Source of the DNA: Macrostomum lignano | Lineage: Eukaryota | Reading direction: 5' to 3' | NCBI GenBank assembly: GCA_002269645.1 | Contig: NIVC01002074.1 | Location: 93,533-157,532, forward strand | DNA: 64,000 nucleotides | In this document: in pieces, positions 63,770 to 64,000 of the stretch | How the letters are laid out: every line of letters starts with the position of its first letter | Position numbering within the stretch: the first letter of the stretch is position 1 | Translations under genes and position numbers: made by a program | Notes under the pieces: model-generated | Told to the model about the DNA's origin: nothing | What the model saw: only the letters and a program-made list of their open reading frames with translations | Database searches by the model: none

Positions 63770-64000
63770 AGGAGCGATTCTCTCACAGTGGATCGAGTAC
63801 TCAGGTGGACGAAAGTCGATTTCTCGGGCGTGCACCGAGGGCGATTCTCAGGGTGCATCGAGAGCGATCTCAGCGGTGCATCGAGGCGTTCTCAGGGTGC
63901 ATCGAGAGCGATTCTCAAGGCTGTATCGAGAGCGGGTTCTCAGGGTGCATCGAGAGCGGTTCTCAGGGTGCATCGAGGAGCGATCTCAGGGTGCATCGAG
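63770..64000. repeat. ~23-bp GCGATTCTC minisatellite, truncated by the window end
   Basis: Unit GAGCGATTCTCAGGGTGCATCGA. Confidence 0.85.

Overview
AT-rich, repeat-dense animal genomic DNA with spliceosomal introns; it is not prokaryotic. GC-rich Ala/Gln-rich exons and minisatellite-packed introns resemble a free-living flatworm such as Macrostomum, but that is an unconfirmed inference. Six spliced genes could be rebuilt by hand with consistent intron phases: (1) a small PDLIM-type PDZ protein (+, GC-AG intron 1), (2) an Ldh_2/YbiC-ComC family dehydrogenase (-), (3) EEF1AKMT2/METTL10 (-), (4) a THAP zinc-finger protein (+), (5) INTS15/C7orf26 (+), and (6) a 7-EC delta1-like protocadherin (+) carrying two single-base deletions. 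There is also a possible unidentified minus-strand gene at 41-47.5 kb and an orphan terminal exon at 63.4-63.75 kb. Mobile DNA includes a Merlin/IS1595-type transposon relic, several MITEs with TIRs/TSDs, a foldback element, a 5'-truncated LINE with a 12-bp TSD, a tRNA-derived CORE(MIR-like) SINE and three copies of a second tRNA-SINE. More than 30 tandem arrays are present. 13 of 17 reconstructed coding introns hold their own array, and two satellite families recur at distant loci. Almost all long ORFs in the supplied track are repeat artefacts. Repeat boundaries are approximate and were read by eye.
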